Assembly: GCA_963719945.1 (NCBI GenBank)
Contig: CAVRDX010000003.1
Span: 256,001 to 320,000 of the forward strand
Direction: 5' to 3'
Source: an uncultured Thermoplasmata archaeon
GTDB lineage: Archaea > Thermoplasmatota > Thermoplasmata > UBA10834
DNA: 64,000 bases
Positions 48,860 through 58,673 of this stretch are shown one piece after another. The position numbers and the translations under genes were made by a program. Position 1 is the stretch's first letter; each line of letters starts with the position of its first letter. A model generated the notes under the pieces. It saw only the letters and a program-made list of their open reading frames with translations, had not been told where the DNA came from and made no database searches.

Positions 48860-50200
48860 TCAGTCTGTGATCGCATCCAGGCCGTCATCTTCCGATGGCT
48901 TGACGACTTCTTTGTTCTTCTCGAGCAGCGCCAGTTCTCTTTCGGAGAAAGCTCTCGGGTCCACGGATATCAATAGTCTAGATTCGCTCGTCATTGCGGT
49001 CTCCGTCCATCTGTCGACCGCCTTCAGCATTCGCGCGAAATCGTTGCTCGTGACTAGATATTCCACCCCGTCCAATAAGACGACCCCGTTCGATGATTTC
49101 TCCATGAAGTTGATGAGTAGGTCAGTCAGCAAGCTGATCTTTGCGGGGTCCATATTGTCCTTGCCAGCCACCGTCGAAAGCCAGATTATTGGCGTGGTCT
49201 GTATGAAGTAATTGGACCGCACATCGTTTGGGAATTGTCGGGTGACTATCAACCCTTGCGCCCTGTTCCTATACTTCGAACATCCTCTGCACGGGCAGGG
49301 CAGTCTGCATGTGCTACACTCTATGCTCTCGCACGGGAAGCTGTCGTCATTCTCGCAGTCGAAGCATCTGCGCTTCAGAATATCTGCGAACATCTTGAAA
49401 GTGAAATCAGGCTTCTCCTCCTCTATTAGGTAGACATGCCTGTGAAGCAGTTTGAACGATGCCTTGGAACTCGACACCATGACTTCCTGGACCGGAGATG
49501 CTCTCATCACCATCTGTCCCTTGGCGATCGAGAACGCAAAGATCAATCCCGACAGCGCCGTGCCTGCCACCAGGGTCGCTGGGGCGAGTGCGCTGTGCAC
49601 GAAATCCATCGATGAATTGCTGAGGATGTCTATTGCGTAGGGGATTCCGCTGATTGCGAATATCCATAGTCCGAGCAGGTATCTTATGCCAGATTGCTGC
49701 TGCGATTCGCTTTCCTTGTCCCTGGAATGCAGGACGAGAGCCGTGGCGAGGATGACCATTGTTGCGGTGTACGCCACCTTTACCCTCAGACCCGTCAGGT
49801 CCAAGGTCACTATGTCATCGTGGCTGTAGTCGACCGTCACCAATAGGCCCAGAACGATCGCGATGATTACGCCCACGATCATGACGATGCCTGGGGCATT
49901 GGGGGATTTGATGCGTATAGTCCTGTCGACAGGGAAGACGATTCCGATCTCCCAGAGGAATGTCTGTGCTAGTAGGAACGCAATCAATGATACCTTGGCA
50001 ATCGAATCCGCAGTATCCTTCTGGTCGCTATCGATCAGGGTGAAGAGCGAGCTGGTCGTCATCGATATGAAAACGCAGATCATTGCAAACATGAAAACAG
50101 TGGCTGCCCTCGACTGAGGGTTCTTCATCCACCCGAGCATTCCTGCCCCAAGGCATATCGCCCCTGCACCGACCGAACCAATCCAGATAAGATCTACCAT
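48860..50200 (-). CDS. Multi-TM membrane protein with C-terminal DUF835 (KaiC-like) domain containing a Cys-rich insert
   Basis: About 7 TM helices; YLIEEEKP, GLIVTRQFP, IWLS, VVLLDGVEYL..NDF. Confidence 0.82.
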   Translation of the reverse strand: MVDLIWIGSVGAGAICLGAGMLGWMKNPQSRAATVFMFAMICVFISMTTSSLFTLIDSDQKDTADSIAKVSLIAFLLAQTFLWEIGIVFPVDRTIRIKSPNAPGIVMIVGVIIAIVLGLLVTVDYSHDDIVTLDLTGLRVKVAYTATMVILATALVLHSRDKESESQQQSGIRYLLGLWIFAISGIPYAIDILSNSSMDFVHSALAPATLVAGTALSGLIFAFSIAKGQMVMRASPVQEVMVSSSKASFKLLHRHVYLIEEEKPDFTFKMFADILKRRCFDCENDDSFPCESIECSTCRLPCPCRGCSKYRNRAQGLIVTRQFPNDVRSNYFIQTTPIIWLSTVAGKDNMDPAKISLLTDLLINFMEKSSNGVVLLDGVEYLVTSNDFARMLKAVDRWTETAMTSESRLLISVDPRAFSERELALLEKNKEVVKPSEDDGLDAITD

Positions 50201-50275
50201 CGGGGGATACCTCTTGCAGTCGCCTCAAACGACTTTGAATCCATGGCTTTCAGCAGGTGTTAGCGAACAATTATA

Positions 50276-50638
50276 TCATGCCGTGGTTGCAGCACGAACA
50301 GCCTCAAGCAATCGTTCCACCTGGAATGGTTTCGCAACGAAGTCGACCGCACCCGCCCTCATAGCTTCCTTTCTCAAAGCCTCCTTGACCAGTGCGCTGA
50401 CAACTATTATCCTCGCCTTCGCATCGAGTTCCATGATCTTCATGATTGCCGATAATCCATCCATGCCCGGCATCAATATGTCCATGAGGACGACGTCCGG
50501 TTTAAGCGCCTTGAATTTCTCAATGGCCTCAAGACCATTTGCGGCTTCTCCCACAATCTCATGGTCGTGAGATTCGAGAATATCGCGTATCATCTCCCTG
50601 ATGAACGGTGCGTCCTCAACGATAAGAACTTTCGCCAT
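50276..50638 (-). CDS. CheY-like single-domain response regulator
   Basis: VLIVED, EAANG, MDILMP.MDG, VSAL, KPF. Confidence 0.92.
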   Translation of the reverse strand: MAKVLIVEDAPFIREMIRDILESHDHEIVGEAANGLEAIEKFKALKPDVVLMDILMPGMDGLSAIMKIMELDAKARIIVVSALVKEALRKEAMRAGAVDFVAKPFQVERLLEAVRAATTA

Positions 50639-50937
50639 CTCATGACCTGCCTTTACATCGCGGGCAAACAAGTTCTATCCTGTTCGCCTCATCAGTGAAA
50701 AAGAATCCGTGCATATATAAGTTGGCTATCTCTATTATCGGAATTGATAGCAAACGTGGTTTTGGATGAGTCAACGTGCGCGTGCGTACACTGGTGAGGT
50801 CGAGAATTCGATCGTTTCCAAACAACCGCAATCGCATGAGAGAATCCCTGTCAATGAATGCCTTTGGCATTCGTGTCTGACACTCGACTTGCTGATACCA
50901 GTCACCGAAAAGTAATAAATACGATAAGATACATATC

Positions 50938-52245
50938 ATGAATCGTCTGACATATGTCGGACTCGAAGGGATGGGCATGGTATTTGGGATCGGCAAAAAG
51001 GATGCTCAAGATGTGCAAGGCTCGCCTCAGTCCGGAGGTGTTCCATACAGACTCGCATCTTACGATCACGACCACGAAGGCAAGAAGTTCAGGTCCAGCA
51101 ATGTTGTATACAGCTTCTGGAGCGCATCGAAGTACGTGCTGATACTATCGCTCATCCTGTGGTGGCTCCCTATGTTCGGCCAGATGATCGCCGGATATGT
51201 CGGAGGCAGAAGAGCGGGTGGTCCTTGGAAAGGCGTCGCCGCGTCCATCTTGCCTGTCGTCTGTCTATATGTCGTCATGACTGGCTTCGACAGCGGCTTC
51301 TTCCCATCGCACTTCTTCGGAGTGGCGATCGCACCGGCCGCGATAGGCGCGTCTCTGAGCGAGAGCATTCCATTCTTCTCACCGTATGTCCACTTCTCGT
51401 CTGAATACATCGGGGCTTTCGTTGATACTCTCTCGGGTGCGAGCTCATACGGTATCAACACATACATCCTGACAGTCGCCTTCGCATATGTCGGCGGAAT
51501 ACTTGCGGAGCAGAACAGGAGAGAGATCGAGTTCAACTCCGGTTCGATGATGTCCAACACCACTGTCTTGGTTGCCGACAACGCCCAACAACAGCAGCAA
51601 CTACCGTCCTATGCGACGCCGAACCACAGTCTGGCACACATGTTCAGCGCAATGTTCCCTTGGTCCAAGGATCATCAGATGGCGCAACAGGGTCATCTCA
51701 CAGCAGCTCATGCATCGCACTGGGATGGCGCAGTCCCGATGAGGTACGGCGAGGTCGACCATCATGGAAGAGCCGTTGCGGCGCCAATGCTTCCTGGTCA
51801 TATGGATGTGCAGGATGAGCCTGCGACGTTCAGTCAAGCGACAGCGAAGAGGGCGAAGCACAGGACCGAGAGGAAGCCACATCAGCGCAAATCGGATCCA
51901 TGGGTGAGGGCCCAGAGGCGCGCGAATCAGAGCTACTCATCTGCTCGAAGGTTCAGGATGCCGGAGCCAGAGGGCGAGGACGAGCCCGCTGTTCCTGCAC
52001 AGAGGACACCGAGAAACGCCTCGCGCAATGTGCAAAGATACGTACCTGGGGACACACGGTCGATAAAGAAGGCTCGTAGGGTCATCGAGGCGGAATGGGG
52101 CAGAAGCTCTTCTCCACCGGTTCATCATAGATCGACTCGCTCATCGTCCAGACATCATGAACTGAGTGATTCGGAAGTCCCCGAACTCCCGCATCAGCAG
52201 CCGAAGGCACACAAACCGTCATCCAATCACTGGGACTCTATCTGA
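50938..52245 (+). CDS. Membrane protein with long disordered Gln/His/Arg-rich C-terminal tail
   Basis: LWWLPMFGQMIAGYVGGRRAG membrane segment; low-complexity second half; start uncertain (50938-50977). Confidence 0.7.
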   Translation: MNRLTYVGLEGMGMVFGIGKKDAQDVQGSPQSGGVPYRLASYDHDHEGKKFRSSNVVYSFWSASKYVLILSLILWWLPMFGQMIAGYVGGRRAGGPWKGVAASILPVVCLYVVMTGFDSGFFPSHFFGVAIAPAAIGASLSESIPFFSPYVHFSSEYIGAFVDTLSGASSYGINTYILTVAFAYVGGILAEQNRREIEFNSGSMMSNTTVLVADNAQQQQQLPSYATPNHSLAHMFSAMFPWSKDHQMAQQGHLTAAHASHWDGAVPMRYGEVDHHGRAVAAPMLPGHMDVQDEPATFSQATAKRAKHRTERKPHQRKSDPWVRAQRRANQSYSSARRFRMPEPEGEDEPAVPAQRTPRNASRNVQRYVPGDTRSIKKARRVIEAEWGRSSSPPVHHRSTRSSSRHHELSDSEVPELPHQQPKAHKPSSNHWDSI

Positions 52246-52265
52246 GCCCTGTTCAATCACAGGGC
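52246..52265 (+). terminator. Hairpin after the upstream gene, next to the element insertion site
   Basis: GCCCTGT/ACAGGGC 7-bp stem. Confidence 0.5.
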
Positions 52266-52270
52266 GTTCT

Positions 52271-52279
52271 GTCTCAAGA
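52271..52279 (+). repeat. Target-site duplication GTCTCAAGA (left copy; right copy 53622-53630)
   Basis: Exact direct repeat abutting both TIRs. Confidence 0.9.
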
Positions 52280-53621
52280 GGTTCTGTCAATAATCGGGTG
52301 GTGGTCATGATGACCACCCCACCGATTGACTCGTTCCATTCGGCTCCGACCGTGCGCCCATCTCTGGGTCGCAGAGGGTCATCACCACGTCATGTTGGAA
52401 CGCATCCGGGAAGGCTGTATTCAGCAGGTTTATGCCAGCGTTGACATGCCTGTCGGCACGCCAACCGCACTCACACTCGAACTCGGAGCCCATTCGGGAA
52501 TGATTCAATCTCCCACATATCGGGCACCTCCTGCTGCTGTTGTATGGGTCGACCTTGATGATTGGCACGCCCATCCAGGCCGCCTTGTACTCGATGATGT
52601 TGTGCAGTTTCCTCCGAGGCCATGAGCTCAACCGTCGGTTGAGCGATTTGCCGCGCTTCCGCGCCGTCATCCCACTCAGGTCCTCGAGCACAATCGTCGA
52701 TTTATGCTCCTCCGCGAAGCCGAGGACCGCATTGGCCACTTGGTGCATGCGATACTCTATCCGATGATGCTCTCTCTTCCCCTCTCTGCGACACAACCGC
52801 CTCGATGTCCGCCGGTCGTGCGCCTTCCTCTTCTGAAGACGCTTACGTCGGTCGTGATGCCGTGCCTGGATGATTGCGACATCGGTATATGCTGCTTGAA
52901 CTGGCGCACTTTCCCCTTTGCTCAGGAGCACGCCGTCCAAGGATCGTTCATTGGTATCGAGAGACAGGGCCGTCTCTGGAATGTATGATTTAGGTGGACT
53001 CTTCCTGAAGACTATTATGACCCTGTCTGGAAGTAGGGTCAGTGAACCGAGGGAAAGGGATTTGTCGTTCAGAAACCCACGATGGTAATCGCTCAGGACG
53101 AGCCTCAGCTTCACATGACATCCAGCCCGTATCGGAAGGTCGACCACGCCTTCCTCCCGATCGAGCTTGTATGCCTGGTTCTCCGCCTTCATCATCAGTC
53201 GCCGCACATATGGGAATGCGACGGACCGGCCCCTTTCCCCAACGCCTTCGCAGGTTCTTCAGCACCGAACCCGCGACCTCGAACGAGGATACCAGATGCT
53301 GGGCATAGATGTTCGGATGCTCCTTCCTGAAGTCTTTGTACGCCAGCTTCACCAGGGCATTTCTGGAGGTGACCTTTGCCTGGAGGCCGGCCCTGATCGC
53401 GCAATTGGCCGCCAGGCGGAAATCCTCCATGAGCATCCTGGCCTCAAACGGGAGCTCCCCATGAATGTGGAACACTACCGCTCTGTGGAGCATCTAATAC
53501 GGTATCTGGCCAGGGACATATCCATCACCTGGCTACATGCATGCTACTCATGCGATCGATGAGATATTCATGTCATCGGGAAAGGCACCATCGACAACAC
53601 CACCCGAAAATTGACAGAACC
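52280..53621 (-). mobile_element. Non-autonomous TIR element carrying tnpB only; 24-bp TIRs, 9-bp target duplication
   Basis: GGTTCTGTCAATAATCGGGTGGTG (52280-52303) vs reverse complement of 53598-53621 GGTTCTGTCAATTTTCGGGTGGTG (22/24); GTCTCAAGA at 52271-52279 and 53622-53630. Confidence 0.9.
52305..53493 (-). pseudogene. tnpB: TnpB-family RNA-guided nuclease split by a 1-nt frameshift near 53212
   Basis: RuvC-I LSLDTN, RuvC-II IVLEDL, IEYKA, SRRCPICG..CECG Zn finger, ADRHVNA; N-terminal ORF 52990-53493 joins the C-terminal frame at RRIP/YVRR. Confidence 0.9.
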
Positions 53622-53703
53622 GTCTCAAGACAACTTTTTTATCCAAACACGACTTCAGTCATTTATAGTATGAAGCGTCCTCGGGATGCTTGGAGCGGAT
53701 CTA

Positions 53704-54006
53704 ATGTTCTGCAAGAGTTGCAAAGCCCTTCTTTTTCCGAACAAGGATGGCAAGTTGGTCTGTAGGAAATGCGGGGCCGAGATGACGCCGACCGAGGAGC
53801 AGACGGTTATCACTCACAAATCCCGTGACAGGGAGGTAGCTGTCGTCGGCGAGATTTCAGGGACGCTACCGACAACGGATATCGAATGCCCTGATTGCGG
53901 CAACAGGACCGCTTATTGGGTGCTCAGGCAGACCCGAGCAGCCGATGAACCGGCAACTAGGATATACAGATGCACGAAATGCTCTCACTCTTGGAGAGAG
54001 TATTAG
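53704..54006 (+). CDS. tfs: Transcription factor S (TFS/RpoM)
   Basis: MFCKSC, CPDCGN, QTRAADEP.T..Y.C..C...WREY. Confidence 0.95.
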   Translation: MFCKSCKALLFPNKDGKLVCRKCGAEMTPTEEQTVITHKSRDREVAVVGEISGTLPTTDIECPDCGNRTAYWVLRQTRAADEPATRIYRCTKCSHSWREY

Positions 54007-54071
54007 TCTGGATGTTGCGAAAAGCTTTTTAAAACGCTGAAGGGTTACAGGTAGGTACGGAAGGGGGGCCA

Positions 54072-54812
54072 ATGTTCCAGGCGAAAGCCAGAGCTGAAGT
54101 CTTGAAAGAAGTCGTAAATGTCGTTTCCAGTCTCGTGGATGAAGCTAAATTCAGTGTGAACGCTGATGGTCTTACACTCAGGGCCGTCGATCCTGCCCAC
54201 ATCGCAATGGTCGATCTTACACTTGGGAAGGACGCCTTTGAGGAGTTCAAGGCAGACGAGAACGAGATCGGAATTGACATAGACAAGCTCGCCCAGTTCC
54301 TCAAGCTGGCGAAGTCCGATGACATTGTGGACTTGAAGCATGATGAGGACAAGCGCAGACTGAATATCGTGGTGGGCGACATCACCAGACGCATGAGCCT
54401 CATCGATACGACTGGCATGAGCGATCCCAAAGTGCCTAACCTCAAGCTCGATGCTGTGATAACTATCAAAGGCGAGGATCTGATCCACGGGATACGCGCT
54501 AGCGAGACGGTATCGGATCATATCGCTCTCATTGCAAATCCCGAAGGGTTCGAGATGAGCTGCGAAGGCGATATGGACCAGGTCCATTTCAGGAAGTCTA
54601 AGAAGGATCTGATATCCTTGGATGCACCTTCGAGCGTTCGGAGCCTATTCCCGCTGGAATATTTCTCCAACATGCTGAAGGCCGTCTCTTCAGGAACCCA
54701 CGTGGTACTGCACCTGGGCAACGATTTTCCTGTGAAGATGGAGTTCAAGATCGCTGGGGGAAAGGGTGAGGTCAGATACCTGCTCGCCCCAAGGATTGAA
54801 AGCGGTGACTGA
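54072..54812 (+). CDS. pcn: DNA polymerase sliding clamp PCNA
   Basis: AVDPAHIAMV, IGIDI, S.F..EY, YLLAPRIE. Confidence 0.96.
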   Translation: MFQAKARAEVLKEVVNVVSSLVDEAKFSVNADGLTLRAVDPAHIAMVDLTLGKDAFEEFKADENEIGIDIDKLAQFLKLAKSDDIVDLKHDEDKRRLNIVVGDITRRMSLIDTTGMSDPKVPNLKLDAVITIKGEDLIHGIRASETVSDHIALIANPEGFEMSCEGDMDQVHFRKSKKDLISLDAPSSVRSLFPLEYFSNMLKAVSSGTHVVLHLGNDFPVKMEFKIAGGKGEVRYLLAPRIESGD

Positions 54813-54893
54813 TGGATATCGTTCGGGGATTGATCCATGAATGGTCCATGAGGGTTTGATGATGGACTTACCGCATATCGTTCTGTAGGTGAC

Positions 54894-55523
54894 ATGTTCA
54901 TGAGAAGGCTCAGGATCGGTGTGCTCGCGTCTGGTGGAGGCACCAACCTCCAGGAGATAATAGATTCTTGCGAGAGCGGCGAGATAGACGGTGATGTCGT
55001 CGTTGTCATATCCAACAAGCCCGATGCTCTCGCCCTTGAACGGGCGAGGAAACACAGGATCGATGCATTCAGCTTCCCCAGCAAGGGTGTGCCGCGTGAG
55101 CAGCACGAGAATGACATCATCGAGTGTCTCGATAGGAACAAGGTCGATCTCGTGGTCCTGGCCGGATATCTAAGGGTGCTCACCCCGATCATGATCAACA
55201 AATACGCGGGCAGACTGATGAACACACATCCCGCACTCCTGCCCTCCTTTGGTGGAATGGGCATGCACGGGCTGAACGTGCACAAGGCCGTGCTGGATTA
55301 TGGATGCAAACTCTCCGGATGCACGATACATTTCGTCAGTCAGGATGTCGATGGTGGCCCCATCATCTTCCAGAAGGCAGTGCCTGTCCTTGAGGATGAT
55401 TCACCCGAGATGTTGCAGGAGCGAGTGCTCAAGGAAGAGCATAGGCTGTTGCCCAGGGCTATACAATTATTCGCTCAGGGAAAGCTGAGGCTTGAGGGAC
55501 GGCGCGTCAGGATATTGTCCTGA
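54894..55523 (+). CDS. purN: Phosphoribosylglycinamide formyltransferase
   Basis: ASGGGTNLQ, LAGYL, NTHPALLPSFGG, GCTIHFV..D.GP, EH. Confidence 0.95.
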   Translation: MFMRRLRIGVLASGGGTNLQEIIDSCESGEIDGDVVVVISNKPDALALERARKHRIDAFSFPSKGVPREQHENDIIECLDRNKVDLVVLAGYLRVLTPIMINKYAGRLMNTHPALLPSFGGMGMHGLNVHKAVLDYGCKLSGCTIHFVSQDVDGGPIIFQKAVPVLEDDSPEMLQERVLKEEHRLLPRAIQLFAQGKLRLEGRRVRILS

Positions 55524-55573
55524 TGATTGCCACTTCACCCGAATAGTTTAAACTAGGACGACTGATATCCCGC

Positions 55574-56446
55574 ATGCGACTGGCGGAAGCTCTCCAGGAG
55601 GAGACTCGAGTGGAAGTCTACGACGGCGAATTCATTGCGGAACTCGAATCGATTGCGAAGAAGGTCAGATGGCATTCAATACGTATGATCTACGAGGCTG
55701 GTTCAGGGCACCCTGGTGGATCCCTGTCTGTCACGGATATCCTGGTCGCACTGTATTTCCATATCATGAAGCACGATCCGAAGAACCCTGATTGGTCGGA
55801 TAGGGACAGATTCGTGCTCAGCAAGGGTCATTCGGCACCCGCTCTGTATGCGGTTCTTGCCGAGGCTGGATATTTCCCTGTCGACGAGCTCCTGACGCTC
55901 AGGAAGATGGGCAGCAGGTTGCAGGGCCATCCATGCATGCGAAAGACGCCAGGCATCGAGATGTCCACAGGCTCCCTCGGCCACGGTCTTGCAGCAGGGA
56001 ACGGCATGGCCCTCGCAGCCAAGCTGGACCGCAAGCTCTACAGGATCTATGTGGCCCTGGGAGACGGCGAGATGGATGTTGGAGAGAACTGGGAAGCCGC
56101 TATGCTGGCATCTCATTACAAGCTTGACAATGTCATAGCATATGTCGATCGGAACAAGCTCCAATTGGACGGACCAACCGAGAAGATAATGTCGATCGAG
56201 CCGCTCGCAGACAAGTGGAAGGCATTCGGATGGCATGTGATCGAGATCAACGGTCACAACATGAAGGAGATCATACAGGCGACGAACGAGGCGAAGAGTG
56301 TCAAGGGGAAGCCTTCGGTCATCATCTGTCACACGATCAAGGGCAAAGGGGTCAGCTTCATGGAGGGAGCGCTCCACTTCCATGGCAAAGCCCCTGACGA
56401 GAAGGAATTCAATCAGGCAATGAAGGAACTGGGGGCGGACGAATGA
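55574..56446 (+). CDS. Transketolase N-terminal subunit
   Basis: SGHPGGSLS, DRFVLSKGH, LQGHP, TGSLGHG, GDGE. Confidence 0.94.
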   Translation: MRLAEALQEETRVEVYDGEFIAELESIAKKVRWHSIRMIYEAGSGHPGGSLSVTDILVALYFHIMKHDPKNPDWSDRDRFVLSKGHSAPALYAVLAEAGYFPVDELLTLRKMGSRLQGHPCMRKTPGIEMSTGSLGHGLAAGNGMALAAKLDRKLYRIYVALGDGEMDVGENWEAAMLASHYKLDNVIAYVDRNKLQLDGPTEKIMSIEPLADKWKAFGWHVIEINGHNMKEIIQATNEAKSVKGKPSVIICHTIKGKGVSFMEGALHFHGKAPDEKEFNQAMKELGADE

Positions 56447-57387
56447 CCTGGAAGGTGGAAAGCCAGAGGAAGCAGTATGGTCGGGCGCTCGTCGAGCTGG
56501 GCAAGGAGCGGAGCGACATCGTGGTGCTGGATGCAGACCTATCGAGCTCCACTAGGACCTCCGACTTCGCAGCGACATTCCCTGAGCGGTTCTTCAACGT
56601 AGGCATAGCCGAACAGAACATGATGGATACCGCAGCCGGTTTGGCAGCCTCCGGAAAGACCGTGTTCGCATCGACGTTCGCAGTGTTCGGCACCGGTCGA
56701 TGCTACGACCAGATCAGACAATCCATCGCATATCCCCAGCTGAACATCAAGATCGTCGCATCACACGCTGGTATCACAGTCGGCGGGGATGGAGCATCCC
56801 ATCAGATAATCGAGGACATTGCCCTGATGAGAGTGCTACCGAACATGACTGTCATAGTTCCGGTCGATTCGATGGAGACCTACAAGGTCATCAAGGCCAT
56901 TGCGAAGACGAAGGGGCCTGTCTATGTCCGCATTGGCAGGGCCGACGTGCCAACACTCACAGACGAGGCGACTCCTTTCGAGATGAACAACGCCTCAGTG
57001 ATGCGTGACGGAGCGGATGTCACCCTCATCGGATGCGGGATCATGGTATCGAAATGCCTCGAAGCCGCCGAGGAGCTGGCCAAGCACGGGGTCGATGCCA
57101 GGGTGATAAACCTGCACACTATCAAACCCCTCGATGAGAAGACCATCGTCAAGGCCGCCAGGGAGACCGGTGGAGTGGTGACCGCTGAGGAGCATTCCGT
57201 CATGATGGGTATGGGTAGCGCGGTGGCGATGTGCCTCGTGGAGAACTTCCATGTGCCGATGAAGAGGGTCGGCATACCCGACACGTTCGGTGAATCGGGT
57301 GCATGTAACGAACTGATGGAGAAGTACGGCTTGACTGTGGAGCACATAGTCGAGGCGGCTCATGACGTTCTAAGGCGGAAGAAGTGA
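56443..57387 (+). CDS. Transketolase C-terminal subunit
   Basis: DADL..ST, GIAEQ, DGASHQ, TIKPLD, EEH. Confidence 0.94.
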   Translation: MTWKVESQRKQYGRALVELGKERSDIVVLDADLSSSTRTSDFAATFPERFFNVGIAEQNMMDTAAGLAASGKTVFASTFAVFGTGRCYDQIRQSIAYPQLNIKIVASHAGITVGGDGASHQIIEDIALMRVLPNMTVIVPVDSMETYKVIKAIAKTKGPVYVRIGRADVPTLTDEATPFEMNNASVMRDGADVTLIGCGIMVSKCLEAAEELAKHGVDARVINLHTIKPLDEKTIVKAARETGGVVTAEEHSVMMGMGSAVAMCLVENFHVPMKRVGIPDTFGESGACNELMEKYGLTVEHIVEAAHDVLRRKK

Positions 57388-57398
57388 GGTGTCCAGAA

Positions 57399-58046
57399 AT
57401 GAAGATATTCATAGATACGGCAAACCTTGAACACATCAAGGAAGTCAACAGCTGGGGGATACTGGACGGAGTGACGACCAACCCTTCCCTGATTGCGAAG
57501 GAGGGTTGTGACTTCAGGGAACGTGTCAATGCCATATGTGCCATAGTCGACGGTCCGATAAGCGCAGAAGCGATCTCGATGGACGCATCGGGTATGATTG
57601 TCGAGGCAAGGGAACTCTCGAAGATACACAAGAACATCGTGGTGAAGATACCGATGACCTCCGAGGGCCTCAAGGCAGTCAAGGCGCTGTCGAAGGAAGG
57701 CATACGGACGAATGTCACACTGGTATTCTCTGCCAATCAGGCACTGCTCGCTTCGAAGGCGGGCGCGACCTATGTCTCTCCTTTCGTCGGGCGCCTGGAC
57801 GACATCAGCCACACCGGGATGGATCTGATCCGGGACATAGTCGAAATCTTCAGAATCTACGACTACGAGACAGAGGTCATTGCAGCCAGCATACGCCACC
57901 CGGTCCATGTGACGGAAGCCGCCCTGGCGGGTTGCGACATAGCCACAATCCCCTATGATGTCCTCAAGAAGATGATCAAGCACAACCTGACCGACGAGGG
58001 TATCCAGAAGTTCCTCAAGGATTGGGAGACAGTTCCGAAGAAGTGA
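57399..58046 (+). CDS. tal: Transaldolase (TalC/FSA family)
   Basis: [40 protein letters not shown]. Confidence 0.93.
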   Translation: MKIFIDTANLEHIKEVNSWGILDGVTTNPSLIAKEGCDFRERVNAICAIVDGPISAEAISMDASGMIVEARELSKIHKNIVVKIPMTSEGLKAVKALSKEGIRTNVTLVFSANQALLASKAGATYVSPFVGRLDDISHTGMDLIRDIVEIFRIYDYETEVIAASIRHPVHVTEAALAGCDIATIPYDVLKKMIKHNLTDEGIQKFLKDWETVPKK

Positions 58047-58061
58047 TCGAACACCCTCGGC

Positions 58062-58583
58062 TCATCCTATGTAGGGGTCGGTGCTAGACCGGTCGAAGCC
58101 ATTTACCAGCTCGATCCGCGGCTCGACCTGAGGCTTCCACCCATAGACCGGATACACGAGTTTCGGTATGAACTTCGAAAGGTCCGCTGCGAACTGCGTG
58201 ACCGGATGCGTTGGCCCGAATGTCTTTTCGCTTATCTCATAGACCTTCGTCCTGGCCTCCATCTCGTCTATGATCCCCAGTGTGTGCAGGTACTCGTGCA
58301 GCAAGATGTGGAACACATATGGTTTGTAGAGCGCAGGTTCCGTTTCCTCTATCCTTTTCAACGGTATGCTGTTCATCACGATTATGTTCGTAGCGACAGG
58401 ATAGAACGCTCCGACGAACCCTTCGAGACCACCGCCTAGGTTCGCGAGGCCGAGCATCAACCCCCCTCGCTCCATGCCAGTGCTCCTTCTCACTACAGTC
58501 TTCACCAGTTCAAACAATTCTATGAGGTTGCGAGCCCCATCCAACTGCTCCCCGTACGAATAAGCCTTGTTCACAATCATCAC
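58062..58583 (-). CDS. Small zincin-like protein (HExxH)
   Basis: ILLHEYLHTLG..DE. Confidence 0.65.
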   Translation of the reverse strand: MMIVNKAYSYGEQLDGARNLIELFELVKTVVRRSTGMERGGLMLGLANLGGGLEGFVGAFYPVATNIIVMNSIPLKRIEETEPALYKPYVFHILLHEYLHTLGIIDEMEARTKVYEISEKTFGPTHPVTQFAADLSKFIPKLVYPVYGWKPQVEPRIELVNGFDRSSTDPYIG

Positions 58584-58673
58584 ATTGATTCATTTGAGGA
58601 TATAATCCATGCGCCTTAAAAGCCTGAAACGAGTCGAAAATGCTGATATACATAGGATTGCTCTAGGCAATCT

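Noticed and set aside
53205-53220. Programmed frameshift in tnpB
   Set aside because: No recognisable slippery heptamer or stimulator; a second indel near the start favours decay or error
55574-58046. Non-oxidative pentose phosphate genes in an archaeon
   Set aside because: Already known for Thermoplasmata and several other archaeal groups
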